Source: Candidatus Izemoplasmatales bacterium (lineage in GTDB: Bacteria > Bacillota_I > Bacilli_A > Izemoplasmatales > Hujiaoplasmataceae). Taken from it: a stretch of DNA of 46,341 nt. Below are positions 7,874 through 16,817 of the stretch, piece by piece (position 1 is the first letter of the stretch; every line of letters starts with the position of its first letter). The DNA lies in NCBI GenBank assembly GCA_028697025.1, contig JAQVFZ010000001.1, positions 1-46,341 on the forward strand, in the 5' to 3' direction. The notes below the pieces were generated by a model. That model searched no databases, had not been told where the DNA came from, and worked only from the letters and a program-made list of their open reading frames with translations. The translations under genes and the position numbers were made by a program.

Positions 7874-8575
7874 TTAAGCGTGAAATCTTTTTTTGATTTC
7901 ATCCTTGATTGATTTAGGAAAAAAGAAAATTATAAACAAGAGAATAAATATCGCCAAGCCAAAAGCTACCATAGCCGGCCAGTTGACAACTATAATATCC
8001 AAGAAAACCAATATAATTGGCGCTAGTGACAAAAAGACTATTGTCAGCAGATAAATGATGTAATCACGATAATCAATACGTTTGATCAAGATTATGGATG
8101 AAATAGCCAAATTGCATGATGCAAGTAGAAACGGCATCAAATAATCATATGACCATCTGCCAAGGTAATTCACCTCGCTTGCAACATATGACAATTCATC
8201 AATCAGTATCAATAAAGCAATCAGTAAGAAGGTCAAAATAACAAGTCTGAAAGCAATATTTTCTCTGGATAAAACACCAAAACTGATGACGATCCAGAAG
8301 TAAAAAATACTGCCAATCGGAATCAATGACCATAGTTCCGGATTTTCGTCCAAAGTAGCTAAATTGATAACCAGCAAAATAATGATTGAAAGAATGGTAG
8401 CGAACATTATTACCTTTTTCGTCAAAGGATATATCTTTCTATTAACAGAAACATATTCCGGGTATTTTTCAATCAAACCCTTAGTGTTTTCGCCCTCAAG
8501 TACCTGTTGACACAATGGGCAATATTTATTGTTTGTATTAATTTTAATCTTGCATTTATCACAATACTTCATCAT
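7874..8575 (-). CDS. Zinc-ribbon plus six-TM membrane protein of unknown function
   Basis: 233 aa. The N-terminus CDKC-x10-CPLC is a four-Cys zinc ribbon, followed by six long hydrophobic segments. Its ATG overlaps the upstream TAA by 1 nt (TAATG), and a GGAGG lies inside the upstream gene. Confidence 0.8.
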   Translation of the reverse strand: MMKYCDKCKIKINTNNKYCPLCQQVLEGENTKGLIEKYPEYVSVNRKIYPLTKKVIMFATILSIIILLVINLATLDENPELWSLIPIGSIFYFWIVISFGVLSRENIAFRLVILTFLLIALLILIDELSYVASEVNYLGRWSYDYLMPFLLASCNLAISSIILIKRIDYRDYIIYLLTIVFLSLAPIILVFLDIIVVNWPAMVAFGLAIFILLFIIFFFPKSIKDEIKKRFHA

Positions 8576-9873
8576 TAGTATTCCTCCACATAATTGCTTT
8601 CTATTTCCACTTCAACACCTAAATTAGTGAAGTGACGGAAGAATTCTCTTTCAATTTTAGTCTCTACAATCGATCTAGTAAAGGTGATTTTAAACCGATC
8701 TTGGTATGACATGATCGAACAATTCAAGGTATTGAATTTTCCTGAATATACCCCAGCGGTCACATCATAAATATATGGTTGCATTGATTCTGGAAAGTCA
8801 ATTTTTCCAATATTGGTCAAACTCATGGTATTTAATTTCATGCCCAACATATTATAGCCGATTTTCAGAGCATATTTCTTCAGAAAATACGGTGTAAAAC
8901 GTAAAAAGACATTCTTCTCAAAGGCGACATTCTCACTCATCTTTCTGATGAGTTCGGTTTTTGTCATACCTTTTTCAAATTGTTCTTTTACAAGAGTGAT
9001 TATTTCTTCGAAACTGATGTCATCCTTCGCCATAACCATATTGGTCTTGACAAAATTGGAAAAGTTTCTTAGGGTATTCGATGGAAAATGCTTTCGCAGA
9101 TTTACCGGAACAAAAATTTTCACTGGAGCTTGATTGCTCTTGATATGACCACGGTATTGAATTTGCGTTACATATATCGTGTACATCATCAAAGCCGTCA
9201 AATACTCGGTTACAGTTAAGTCTTTAGCTCTAGCAATTTCTAACATTTTCTTTGTGGATATCGTCCCGGAAATCAAGCCGGTAAGATCTTCCGAAAGTGG
9301 CGTTCCTTTGATTCGATAAGCTCTTTTTTCCGGAATATGTTTTTTGTTTTTCCGATCATAGAATTTTGAATTGGCATCTTCGTATTCTTCCATGCTTGGT
9401 CTTTCGTATTTTGTCGGAACCAGATTATCGGGTTTTATATCCTTTCCTGTCAAAACCAAATATTCAAAAATTATTGCTTTTAATAACATGATAACTCCAG
9501 CCCCGTCGGCCAAAGAATGGAACATTTCAATTATCACGTCAGTGTTGCGATACATTACCCTAAATAAATATCCATTATTTTTGCGGGGATTAATTTCTCC
9601 GCAAACGTAATGTTTCAATTCTTCAACGACAAAAGGTCTGGAATTATAGTCAAAATAACTCCAAAACATTCCCTTCTTTAATTTAACCTTAAACATTGGA
9701 TACCTGGACAATATCGCATCTAATGCAAGTTGCAGTAAATCTTTATCGACTTTTTCAGTCAATGTCACCGCTACTCGAAAGACATTTGTTTCGCGATGGT
9801 TTGATACTTCCGGAAAAATCTTTCCTGAATTATCGAGCCTAAACCAAGTATCATAACTTGATTCTTTATTCAT
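8575..9873 (-). CDS. HxxxDG acyltransferase of the condensation-domain / WS-DGAT / PapA5 / alcohol-acetyltransferase superfamily
   Basis: 432 aa and soluble. The motif FHSLADGAG is the HxxxDG catalytic motif of this superfamily. The size and motif position (about residue 110) fit stand-alone condensation-like O-acyltransferases. Confidence 0.7.
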   Translation of the reverse strand: MNKESSYDTWFRLDNSGKIFPEVSNHRETNVFRVAVTLTEKVDKDLLQLALDAILSRYPMFKVKLKKGMFWSYFDYNSRPFVVEELKHYVCGEINPRKNNGYLFRVMYRNTDVIIEMFHSLADGAGVIMLLKAIIFEYLVLTGKDIKPDNLVPTKYERPSMEEYEDANSKFYDRKNKKHIPEKRAYRIKGTPLSEDLTGLISGTISTKKMLEIARAKDLTVTEYLTALMMYTIYVTQIQYRGHIKSNQAPVKIFVPVNLRKHFPSNTLRNFSNFVKTNMVMAKDDISFEEIITLVKEQFEKGMTKTELIRKMSENVAFEKNVFLRFTPYFLKKYALKIGYNMLGMKLNTMSLTNIGKIDFPESMQPYIYDVTAGVYSGKFNTLNCSIMSYQDRFKITFTRSIVETKIEREFFRHFTNLGVEVEIESNYVEEY

Positions 9874-9878
9874 AATGG

Positions 9879-10796
9879 TTAACTCCCGAGTTTTTCTTCA
9901 ATAAATTCATAAATCAAACGCCAAGCAGCCCTAGAAGATGCCATCTTATTAAACCCCAAAGGAAAGACATGAAACATTCCTTCAAAATCATGGACAATCG
10001 CATTATCTACTTTTTCCGCAAGTTCCAATGTATCCGATTCTATCAACTCATGTGAACCGACGAACATCAACAAATCACAAAAATTATTATAATCTCCATA
10101 CTTTGGCGAAATATAAGGGTGATGAAAATCATAATCGCCTGAATAAGATTTCTTTGGCAAAGGAATTGTTCCTAATCCAAAGAAAGGGTCCTTATCCTTG
10201 TTGATTTGGTAGGATTTGCCTTCAGCAGCAAAATCTGTCCAAGCCGACATTGTAATAATTGCTTTCGGCAATGGTATACTTCTATCTTTTAAAGCCAGCC
10301 CTAAAGCTAAAGCCAATCCTCCGCCCGCAGAATCGCCTGCCACCAGAATGTTTTCCGGCGGGAATCCGTCATCAAGGATATATTTATAGAGGTTGACCGC
10401 TTCTTCTAAAGCCTTAGGAAATGGGTGTTTGGGTGCTAGTGAATAGCACAATGAAAAAACTTTAAGATTTTTGTGTGACAACAGATATTTCTTGGCAGTT
10501 TTTCTGTAACTGTCATTATAACCGGAAACATATGCTCCTCCATGCAATTGAATTAAAGCATAGTCTGAATCTTGATCAACAAAATAGATAGTTTCCGTCA
10601 TTGTTCCTTCAATTTTCAAAAATTCGTAATGAATTTTTCTTCCATAAGAATAATTTTCTGAAAGTTTGTTGGTAAAAGCAAACTTAAATCGAAAGTTGTA
10701 TCTTTCTTTAGCTGCTTTGAATTTAAAGGCGAATTTAACCAAGCCTACACCAAATTTATCCGATAACTTTTGTTTGTGGAATATTATTTCTGCCAT
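9879..10796 (-). CDS. Alpha/beta-hydrolase fold-3 esterase/lipase (family IV, hormone-sensitive-lipase type)
   Basis: 305 aa with the oxyanion motif LHGGAY, the nucleophile elbow GDSAGGGLA and a C-terminal His in GMFHVFP. RBS is GAGGTG. Confidence 0.85.
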   Translation of the reverse strand: MAEIIFHKQKLSDKFGVGLVKFAFKFKAAKERYNFRFKFAFTNKLSENYSYGRKIHYEFLKIEGTMTETIYFVDQDSDYALIQLHGGAYVSGYNDSYRKTAKKYLLSHKNLKVFSLCYSLAPKHPFPKALEEAVNLYKYILDDGFPPENILVAGDSAGGGLALALGLALKDRSIPLPKAIITMSAWTDFAAEGKSYQINKDKDPFFGLGTIPLPKKSYSGDYDFHHPYISPKYGDYNNFCDLLMFVGSHELIESDTLELAEKVDNAIVHDFEGMFHVFPLGFNKMASSRAAWRLIYEFIEEKLGS

Positions 10797-10915
10797 TTTT
10801 TCACCTCAATTTATTATACCACAAACTTTTTAAGTTAAAGAGTTAGAACAAAATTATTTCAAATTGCTACTACTTGGCTTATAATAGAATTGAACTATTA
10901 TATGGAGGTTAGACT

Positions 10916-12136
10916 ATGAATGTTTTAGAAAGATTTATGAATTATGTTAAATTCGACACCCAATCAAAAGTTGATGTAGAGGATTATCCATCAACAAAAA
11001 AGCAATTAGTATTGCTAAACCATTTGTTGAAAGAACTACAGGATTTGAATATTGAATCTAGTATTGATGAATATGGTTATGTGATAGGAAGAATAAAATC
11101 AAATTTAAGCAAAAGAACCAAAACAATAGCCTTAATAGCGCATGTAGACACTTCTCCAGACGCTAGTGGAAAGGATATTAAAGCAAAGATTATCAGGAAT
11201 TATAACGGCGGTAAAATTGAACTAAACAGAGAAAAGGAAATGTTTTTAGACCCACTGGTGTTTCCTAACTTAAACGATAAAATCGGCCATGATCTCATTG
11301 TCACTGATGGTAATACTCTTTTAGGTGCTGATGACAAGTTGGGCGTCGCAGAAATCATGGCTTTCGCGGAGTTCGTGGTTAAAACACCTAATTACCGACA
11401 TGGTGAAATTGTCTTCGTCTTTACGCCGGATGAAGAAGTAGGAAACGGAACCAAATTTTTCGATGTGAAGAAAGTAAATGCAGACTTTGGTTATACTCTT
11501 GATGGCTCAAAAGTCGGTGAAATCGCTTTTGAAAACTTCAATGCGGCCACAGCGAAAGTATTTATTAACGGAAAATCTGTCCATCCGGGTTCAGCCAAGA
11601 ATAAGATGCTTAATTCAATTGACGTAGCTTATGAGTTCAATAGCCTTCTTCCAAAATTTATGAGACCGGAGATTACCGAGGGATATGAAGGATTCAATCA
11701 TTTGTTGCATATTAACGGATCGGTAGAAAAATGTGAAATGACTTATATAATCCGCAATCATGATAAGGACGTTTTTGAAAAACAGAAAAAAGATTTCTTG
11801 TTCAATGAAGATTATATTAATAAAAAATATGGCTTTAATACTTTAAAAGTCGAAATTTCTGATTCATATTTCAATATGAAAGAAATATTAGACAATCATC
11901 AAGAGGTAATTGATATCGCTATATCAGCAATTAAAGAAAACGATATTGAACCGATTATCGAACCGATAAGAGGTGGCACTGATGGTGCGAGATTGACATT
12001 TATGGGGTTGCCTTGCCCTAACCTTGGAACCGGAGGTTACAACTTCCACGGTCCTTATGAATATGCTTCATGCAATGAAATGGATAAAGCTTTAGACATT
12101 ATAAAAACAATCGTGACTAAAGTAGCTCAAGTATAA
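10916..12136 (+). CDS. pepT: Peptidase T (tripeptide aminopeptidase, M20B)
   Basis: 406 aa. The N-terminus MNVLERFMNYVKFDTQS, plus HVDTSPD, GADDKLGVAEIM and the overall length are typical of PepT. RBS is GGAGG. Confidence 0.9.
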   Translation: MNVLERFMNYVKFDTQSKVDVEDYPSTKKQLVLLNHLLKELQDLNIESSIDEYGYVIGRIKSNLSKRTKTIALIAHVDTSPDASGKDIKAKIIRNYNGGKIELNREKEMFLDPLVFPNLNDKIGHDLIVTDGNTLLGADDKLGVAEIMAFAEFVVKTPNYRHGEIVFVFTPDEEVGNGTKFFDVKKVNADFGYTLDGSKVGEIAFENFNAATAKVFINGKSVHPGSAKNKMLNSIDVAYEFNSLLPKFMRPEITEGYEGFNHLLHINGSVEKCEMTYIIRNHDKDVFEKQKKDFLFNEDYINKKYGFNTLKVEISDSYFNMKEILDNHQEVIDIAISAIKENDIEPIIEPIRGGTDGARLTFMGLPCPNLGTGGYNFHGPYEYASCNEMDKALDIIKTIVTKVAQV

Positions 12137-12152
12137 TTTTTCCCATAAATTT

Positions 12153-12188
12153 AAAAGCCCTTAATATATCTAATTTAAGGGCTTTTTT
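12153..12188. terminator. Bidirectional terminator between convergent pepT and corA
   Basis: A 12-bp stem forms between AAAAGCCCTTAA (12153-12164) and TTAAGGGCTTTT (12175-12186). T/A runs lie on both sides. Confidence 0.85.
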
Positions 12189-12208
12189 ATTATTTTTCAT
12201 ATGGTGTT

Positions 12209-13210
12209 TTATAACCATTTTTTGTACTTAAAAAATCCTATCATTCCTAAAAATACAACTATACAGAGTCCGATAAAAATCCAAATTCCTTGGGGATTAT
12301 TAAAGATGTTCATGTAAACAAAGTTCATTCCAAAGACTCCTGCCAAAAATGATAGCGGGATGAATGTCGCTGAGAAGATTGTCAATACTTTCATGATTGA
12401 GTTGGTTCTTTCATTGATGTTATTCATGTGCATATCGTATAATGTTTTTATGTTTTCCCAGTCAAGATTAAGTTTATCATTTAAACGATATAAATGGTCA
12501 ATTAAGTCTTGGTAATACTTTTTGAATTCACTTACATTTTGATTTTTGTAAATGTCATCAATAAGTTCTAGTGAATTGACAATCGAAAAAATATTTGATT
12601 TCATCATCAATACTTCTTTTCTTATGAGATGCAAGAAGTCGACATTTTGTGTTCTTTCCGCAATTATCAATTCTTCCCAATTTATCAATTGATTACCGAT
12701 TTCATGTTCAAAAACGATATTTGCATCTATCAATGTATCAATAATTACATAAAACAGGTATTTGGAGTTAAAGGAACGGATTTTTCCTAGGTTGTTGTTC
12801 AATCTTTCTTCTATATTACTCAAAATGCCGGTGTCATTTTCATCAAAAGTAAAAACAATATTGTCTTTGAGAATAACAGATAAATACTCATGATCGAATT
12901 TGTTGTCTTTAAATGCAGCAGTTTTTATGATTGCAAAAAGACCATTATCGATCTCCTCAATCTTAGATCTTTGAGTCAAATTAAAAATATCTTCGATAAT
13001 CAATGCATCTAAGTTGATTTTATTCAATTCTTCAACAATTTTTTGTGTGTCTTTCAACCCATTGACTCTTATCCATAATTGAGAATTTTCTATGGGCTCA
13101 TTGATAGAAATTTTAGATTCAGTGTAGTAGATTTTTTTTATCTCTGTAGGATTTGGTTTCTCACTGGTGTTAAATATGGTTCCTGGTGGTAAAGATTTTT
13201 TAATTGCCAT
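12209..13210 (-). CDS. corA: CorA-family Mg2+/Co2+ transporter
   Basis: It has the C-terminal GMN signature (VFGMNFVYM) between two TM helices. I place the start at ATG 13210, because the GTG at 13219 in the track lies inside the RBS AGGTGA. Confidence 0.85.
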   Translation of the reverse strand: MAIKKSLPPGTIFNTSEKPNPTEIKKIYYTESKISINEPIENSQLWIRVNGLKDTQKIVEELNKINLDALIIEDIFNLTQRSKIEEIDNGLFAIIKTAAFKDNKFDHEYLSVILKDNIVFTFDENDTGILSNIEERLNNNLGKIRSFNSKYLFYVIIDTLIDANIVFEHEIGNQLINWEELIIAERTQNVDFLHLIRKEVLMMKSNIFSIVNSLELIDDIYKNQNVSEFKKYYQDLIDHLYRLNDKLNLDWENIKTLYDMHMNNINERTNSIMKVLTIFSATFIPLSFLAGVFGMNFVYMNIFNNPQGIWIFIGLCIVVFLGMIGFFKYKKWL

Positions 13211-13238
13211 GTAGTTCACCTGATTTCTATAAATGTTA

Positions 13239-13598
13239 TTATAAATATAAAGTATATATCAATTCAATTATTCCGTATGAAAGAATATTTGAAAAGATAA
13301 TGAAAGCCGCGACTTTCAATCCCGTGCAGGTGTTGAATAATCTTTTAATTAAAATATTGTACTCGAATAAACAAAGAGTAAAAATTAATAAAACCACGGT
13401 ATAAAAACTAAGTTTTCCAAATAGCAGATCGTGACTCAAAATAATATATGAGAATATTGGGGCTGTTAAGAGTGTCGAAGACAGAACGAGATTAAAGGAA
13501 ATTCTCTTAAATAAAAATGCGGTTAGAATTTTAACAATTAGTACAAAAGCCATGAACATCAATAATTTTATGACAAATTCCAAAGTTATATCAAACAT
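13239..13598 (-). CDS. Small four-TM membrane protein of unknown function; N-terminal boundary uncertain
   Basis: From ATG 13598 the product MFDITLEFVIKLLMFMAFVLIV... is strongly hydrophobic. The same frame stays open up to a TTG at 13742, but that extension is non-hydrophobic and has no RBS. See the finding on frame ambiguity. Confidence 0.5.
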   Translation of the reverse strand: MFDITLEFVIKLLMFMAFVLIVKILTAFLFKRISFNLVLSSTLLTAPIFSYIILSHDLLFGKLSFYTVVLLIFTLCLFEYNILIKRLFNTCTGLKVAAFIIFSNILSYGIIELIYTLYL

Positions 13599-13792
13599 GG
13601 TTAATCTTCTTTGTGTAAAAGTTTTATTCCCACGAAAAAGATAATGCCGACTAAAACAAGACCAGTTGCTAGAGGCAAGAGGTATTCTGACATTATAGAA
13701 AGCATCATTGCCGACATCTATGGAAAATATAAGAAAATTCAATGTCTTTTTGGATAATCATCTTTTCCATCCTCTTTTTCTTTTATTATTGT

Positions 13793-13821
13793 TTGACTAA
13801 TTATTAATATCTACCGATATT
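13793..13821 (+). promoter_or_regulatory. Candidate promoter for ggt (TTGACT, 17 nt, GATATT)
   Basis: TTGACT is at 13793-13798, followed by a 17-nt spacer and GATATT at 13816-13821. The -10 box is imperfect. Confidence 0.35.
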
Positions 13822-13913
13822 CATTTTAACATAAACGGATATTTTTATATAGAAACTTATGGAATTTTATGTTAGTATTCTTGTAATGATTATTATTTAG
13901 AGAGGTAGTTTCT

Positions 13914-15497
13914 ATGAATAATTTTAGCAGTATTAAGCAAGCTACATACGCAAAAAATGGAGTGGTGGCAACCTCAGAAGGTTTAGCTGCTCAAGCTGGT
14001 TTGGAAATTCTTAAAAAGGGTGGCAATGCTATTGATGCCGCAGTCGCTACTGCAGCATGTTTGACCGTGGTTGAGCCTTGTAGCAATGGAATAGGCAGCG
14101 ATGCATTTGCGATCATACATTACGAGGGTAAAATATACGGAATGAATGCCTCGGGCAGGAGTTCACATAATATCTCTATAGAAAAAGTCAAAAATTTAAA
14201 ACATGAATCTATGCCTAAATATGGGGTAATACCGATTACCGTTCCCGGTGCGCCGAAGGCTTGGGCAACATTGATAGAACGTTTTGGGAATTTAAGCTTG
14301 GTTGAGGTCATGGAACCGGCAATTAAGCTGGCTAGAGAAGGATATTCTATAAGTCATAATGTCGGTAATTATTTTGAGAAAGCAATCAAGAATTATGAAG
14401 CAAATAATGTTGGTCCAGAGTTTGACCAATTCTTCAAAACCTTTAAAAATGGATCAAAATATTATAAAACCGGTGATATCTTCAAGAATGAATTGATGGC
14501 TAAGTCGCTTGAAGAAATAGCATACACAAATTCAGATAGTTTCTATAAAGGTTATCTGGCGGATAAGATTGATAACTTTATGAAAAAACATGGCGGTTTT
14601 ATCGACAAAGAAGACCTGAAAAATTACGAGGTTGAATTCGTTGAACCCCTAAGCATCAATTATCGAGGTTATGATATTTTGGAATTACCGCCAAATGGGC
14701 AAGGCATAACCGCTTTAATGGCACTGAACATTCTCAAACAACAAAACACCTTTGTCAGGGATACCAATACGCTTCACAAACAAATAGAAGCCTTGAAAAT
14801 TGCCTTTACCGATACAATGACTTACGTTACCGATCCTAAATTCATGAAAATAAACCCAGAATTTCTTTTACGTGATGAATATGCAAAGATAAGATATGCA
14901 CAAATTGAAGATTACGCAAAAAAATACGAGCCGATAGATTATAAAAGTTCTGGAACAGTGTACTTGGCTACCGCTGATGAAATGGGTAATATGGTATCAT
15001 TCATTCAGAGCAATTACATGGGGTTTGGCAGTGGTATCGTTATTGAGGATACCGGTATCTCGATGCAAAACCGTGGTCATACATTTTCCCTTGATTCAAA
15101 TCATCATAACGCACTTGAACCGAACAAGAAAACATATCATACAATAATCCCAGGATTCCTCATGAAGGATAATTTACCTGTAGGACCATTCGGAGTGATG
15201 GGAGGTTTTATGCAGCCACAAGGTCATTTGCAAGTCATGATGAATCTGATTGACTTTGGCATGGATCCGCAAGCTGCTTTAGACGCGCCGAGATTCAGGT
15301 GGGATGAAGGTTTAAAAGTTGCTATAGAAAAGGGATTTAGCCCCTCTACCTTACATAAACTCTTGAAATTAGGCCATGAAGTTAGCTATGAGAATAAGAT
15401 AGGTGGCTTTGGACATGGTCAAATAATTCTGAAAAATGATAACGGGTATCAAATAGGTACCGAAACCAGATGTCAAGGACATATTGCTTACTATTAA
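13914..15497 (+). CDS. ggt: Gamma-glutamyltransferase family protein without a signal peptide (YwrD-like)
   Basis: 527 aa. The N-terminus NGVVATSEGLAAQAGLEILKKGGNAIDAAVA and the autoprocessing-site region SSGTVYLATAD are typical of the GGT (Ntn-hydrolase) family. Confidence 0.85.
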   Translation: MNNFSSIKQATYAKNGVVATSEGLAAQAGLEILKKGGNAIDAAVATAACLTVVEPCSNGIGSDAFAIIHYEGKIYGMNASGRSSHNISIEKVKNLKHESMPKYGVIPITVPGAPKAWATLIERFGNLSLVEVMEPAIKLAREGYSISHNVGNYFEKAIKNYEANNVGPEFDQFFKTFKNGSKYYKTGDIFKNELMAKSLEEIAYTNSDSFYKGYLADKIDNFMKKHGGFIDKEDLKNYEVEFVEPLSINYRGYDILELPPNGQGITALMALNILKQQNTFVRDTNTLHKQIEALKIAFTDTMTYVTDPKFMKINPEFLLRDEYAKIRYAQIEDYAKKYEPIDYKSSGTVYLATADEMGNMVSFIQSNYMGFGSGIVIEDTGISMQNRGHTFSLDSNHHNALEPNKKTYHTIIPGFLMKDNLPVGPFGVMGGFMQPQGHLQVMMNLIDFGMDPQAALDAPRFRWDEGLKVAIEKGFSPSTLHKLLKLGHEVSYENKIGGFGHGQIILKNDNGYQIGTETRCQGHIAYY

Positions 15498-15526
15498 AAA
15501 ATCTACTCGAGATGAGTAGATTTTTC
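15496..15526. terminator. Bidirectional terminator shared by ggt and the convergent acyltransferase gene
   Basis: AAAAATCTACTC (15497-15508) pairs perfectly with GAGTAGATTTTT (15514-15525). The hairpin covers the last codons of the minus-strand ORF. Confidence 0.85.
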
Positions 15527-16786
15527 ATTTGTCTTCTTATACAATTCTTCAACCGCAAAATGAAATTTTGTGATTGGGTATTTCTTGTCAATAGGATATA
15601 GGTAGTAGGTGTCGTTATTGGTGGAGAAACTCAAGCAATCTCCCTTGCCGAAATATTCAAATTCGATATGAACACCATAATTGCTGAGAACCGGTTTATT
15701 AAGTTTGAACTCTTCGCCTTGAAAGTCAGCACTTAAGACGAAGCCTTTTTCATTGTGTTTCAACAAACCTTTTCCTAAACGATAGTAGCCGGTACTGTTT
15801 GGTAGAGAATCTATATCAACTTCGATCTCGACATCATACTTCCCGCTTTCAATTTCCTTTTTGACTTCTTCTCTTTGCCATTCAAACCAGTCCGGAATAA
15901 AGTCAAACTTGGTTTCTCCATTGACTTCTGACAATTTATTATTTTCGTCAACATAATATTTGTGATGGCAATTTTCGCAGAAAAGGTAATTGTTTTCGCT
16001 GTTCATGGTATTATCGCTAGAACAATGAGGGCAACGGTACAATACTTTATGAAGATTTTTTGCACGGTTATCGCCTTTTATTTTAATGCTATTTTTTAAC
16101 TGATATTCATAATCGTTATAATAAAATGCTTTTCTTAATTTATCGTTGATTTCTTCTAAACTGAGTTTTTCCAAATCATCTTTTGTAAAGAGATAAGTCA
16201 TGACAGATTTAACCGGAACTTTGCGTTTAATCAAATTCCATACCGGCTCATGCAGATGGTGCCCGTGTGATATCAATGTCACGACAGGAAACTTGAACAT
16301 TTTGATCAGTTTACCTAAACTGTCAGGTAATATAGCTGTCGTGCCAATCAGAGAATATCTTGCCTCCGGATAAATAACCGCAATGGACTTATTGACTTCA
16401 AGGGTATGTTTCAATTGTTTAACTATAGCTGGATCGGCTACAAACTTTCTTTTACCTAAGCAACCGACATTTCGCATTAATCCTTCACGATTTATAAAAC
16501 CGTCTACAGCCACAACATAGTTGGCTCTTCTCGGAAAAAAAGCACGCGTTGCCACCTTAAAATCAAAAAAACTGTTGTGATTACAGAGCAAAACATAAGG
16601 TCCTTTGACTTTGTCCATATTTACTTTTTCAATTTTCACGCCGCGAATGAATGTTTCCGGGATACTTAAAGCCCAAGCGAGAACTTGCAGATACCACTTG
16701 GCTTTTTTTGGCATTGATTTTAAGTCAAAGCGTTCCATGGCTTCGACTTCTTTGAAAGTTCTATATTGAATATCGCTGATTTTCAT
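15503..16786 (-). CDS. PlsC/LPLAT-superfamily acyltransferase with a C-terminal zinc-ribbon-containing extension
   Basis: 427 aa. It carries the HX4D motif CNHNSFFD and YPEARYS (block III) in the N-terminal half, then CPHCSS-x14-CENCHH (a Cys4-type ribbon) and about 150 further residues. Confidence 0.75.
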   Translation of the reverse strand: MKISDIQYRTFKEVEAMERFDLKSMPKKAKWYLQVLAWALSIPETFIRGVKIEKVNMDKVKGPYVLLCNHNSFFDFKVATRAFFPRRANYVVAVDGFINREGLMRNVGCLGKRKFVADPAIVKQLKHTLEVNKSIAVIYPEARYSLIGTTAILPDSLGKLIKMFKFPVVTLISHGHHLHEPVWNLIKRKVPVKSVMTYLFTKDDLEKLSLEEINDKLRKAFYYNDYEYQLKNSIKIKGDNRAKNLHKVLYRCPHCSSDNTMNSENNYLFCENCHHKYYVDENNKLSEVNGETKFDFIPDWFEWQREEVKKEIESGKYDVEIEVDIDSLPNSTGYYRLGKGLLKHNEKGFVLSADFQGEEFKLNKPVLSNYGVHIEFEYFGKGDCLSFSTNNDTYYLYPIDKKYPITKFHFAVEELYKKTNEKSTHLE

Positions 16787-16817
16787 TTTCCTATATCCCC
16801 TTTTTCACGTTTAACTA

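Noticed and set aside
10802-10823. TATAAT boxes lying immediately upstream of the RBS of several genes: esterase at 10813-10818, cupin at 28964-28969, PAS-GGDEF at about 41078-41083
   Set aside because: If used, these would give leaders too short to include the RBS. In DNA this AT-rich, TATAAT-like hexamers occur by chance. They are not reported as promoters without transcription-start data.
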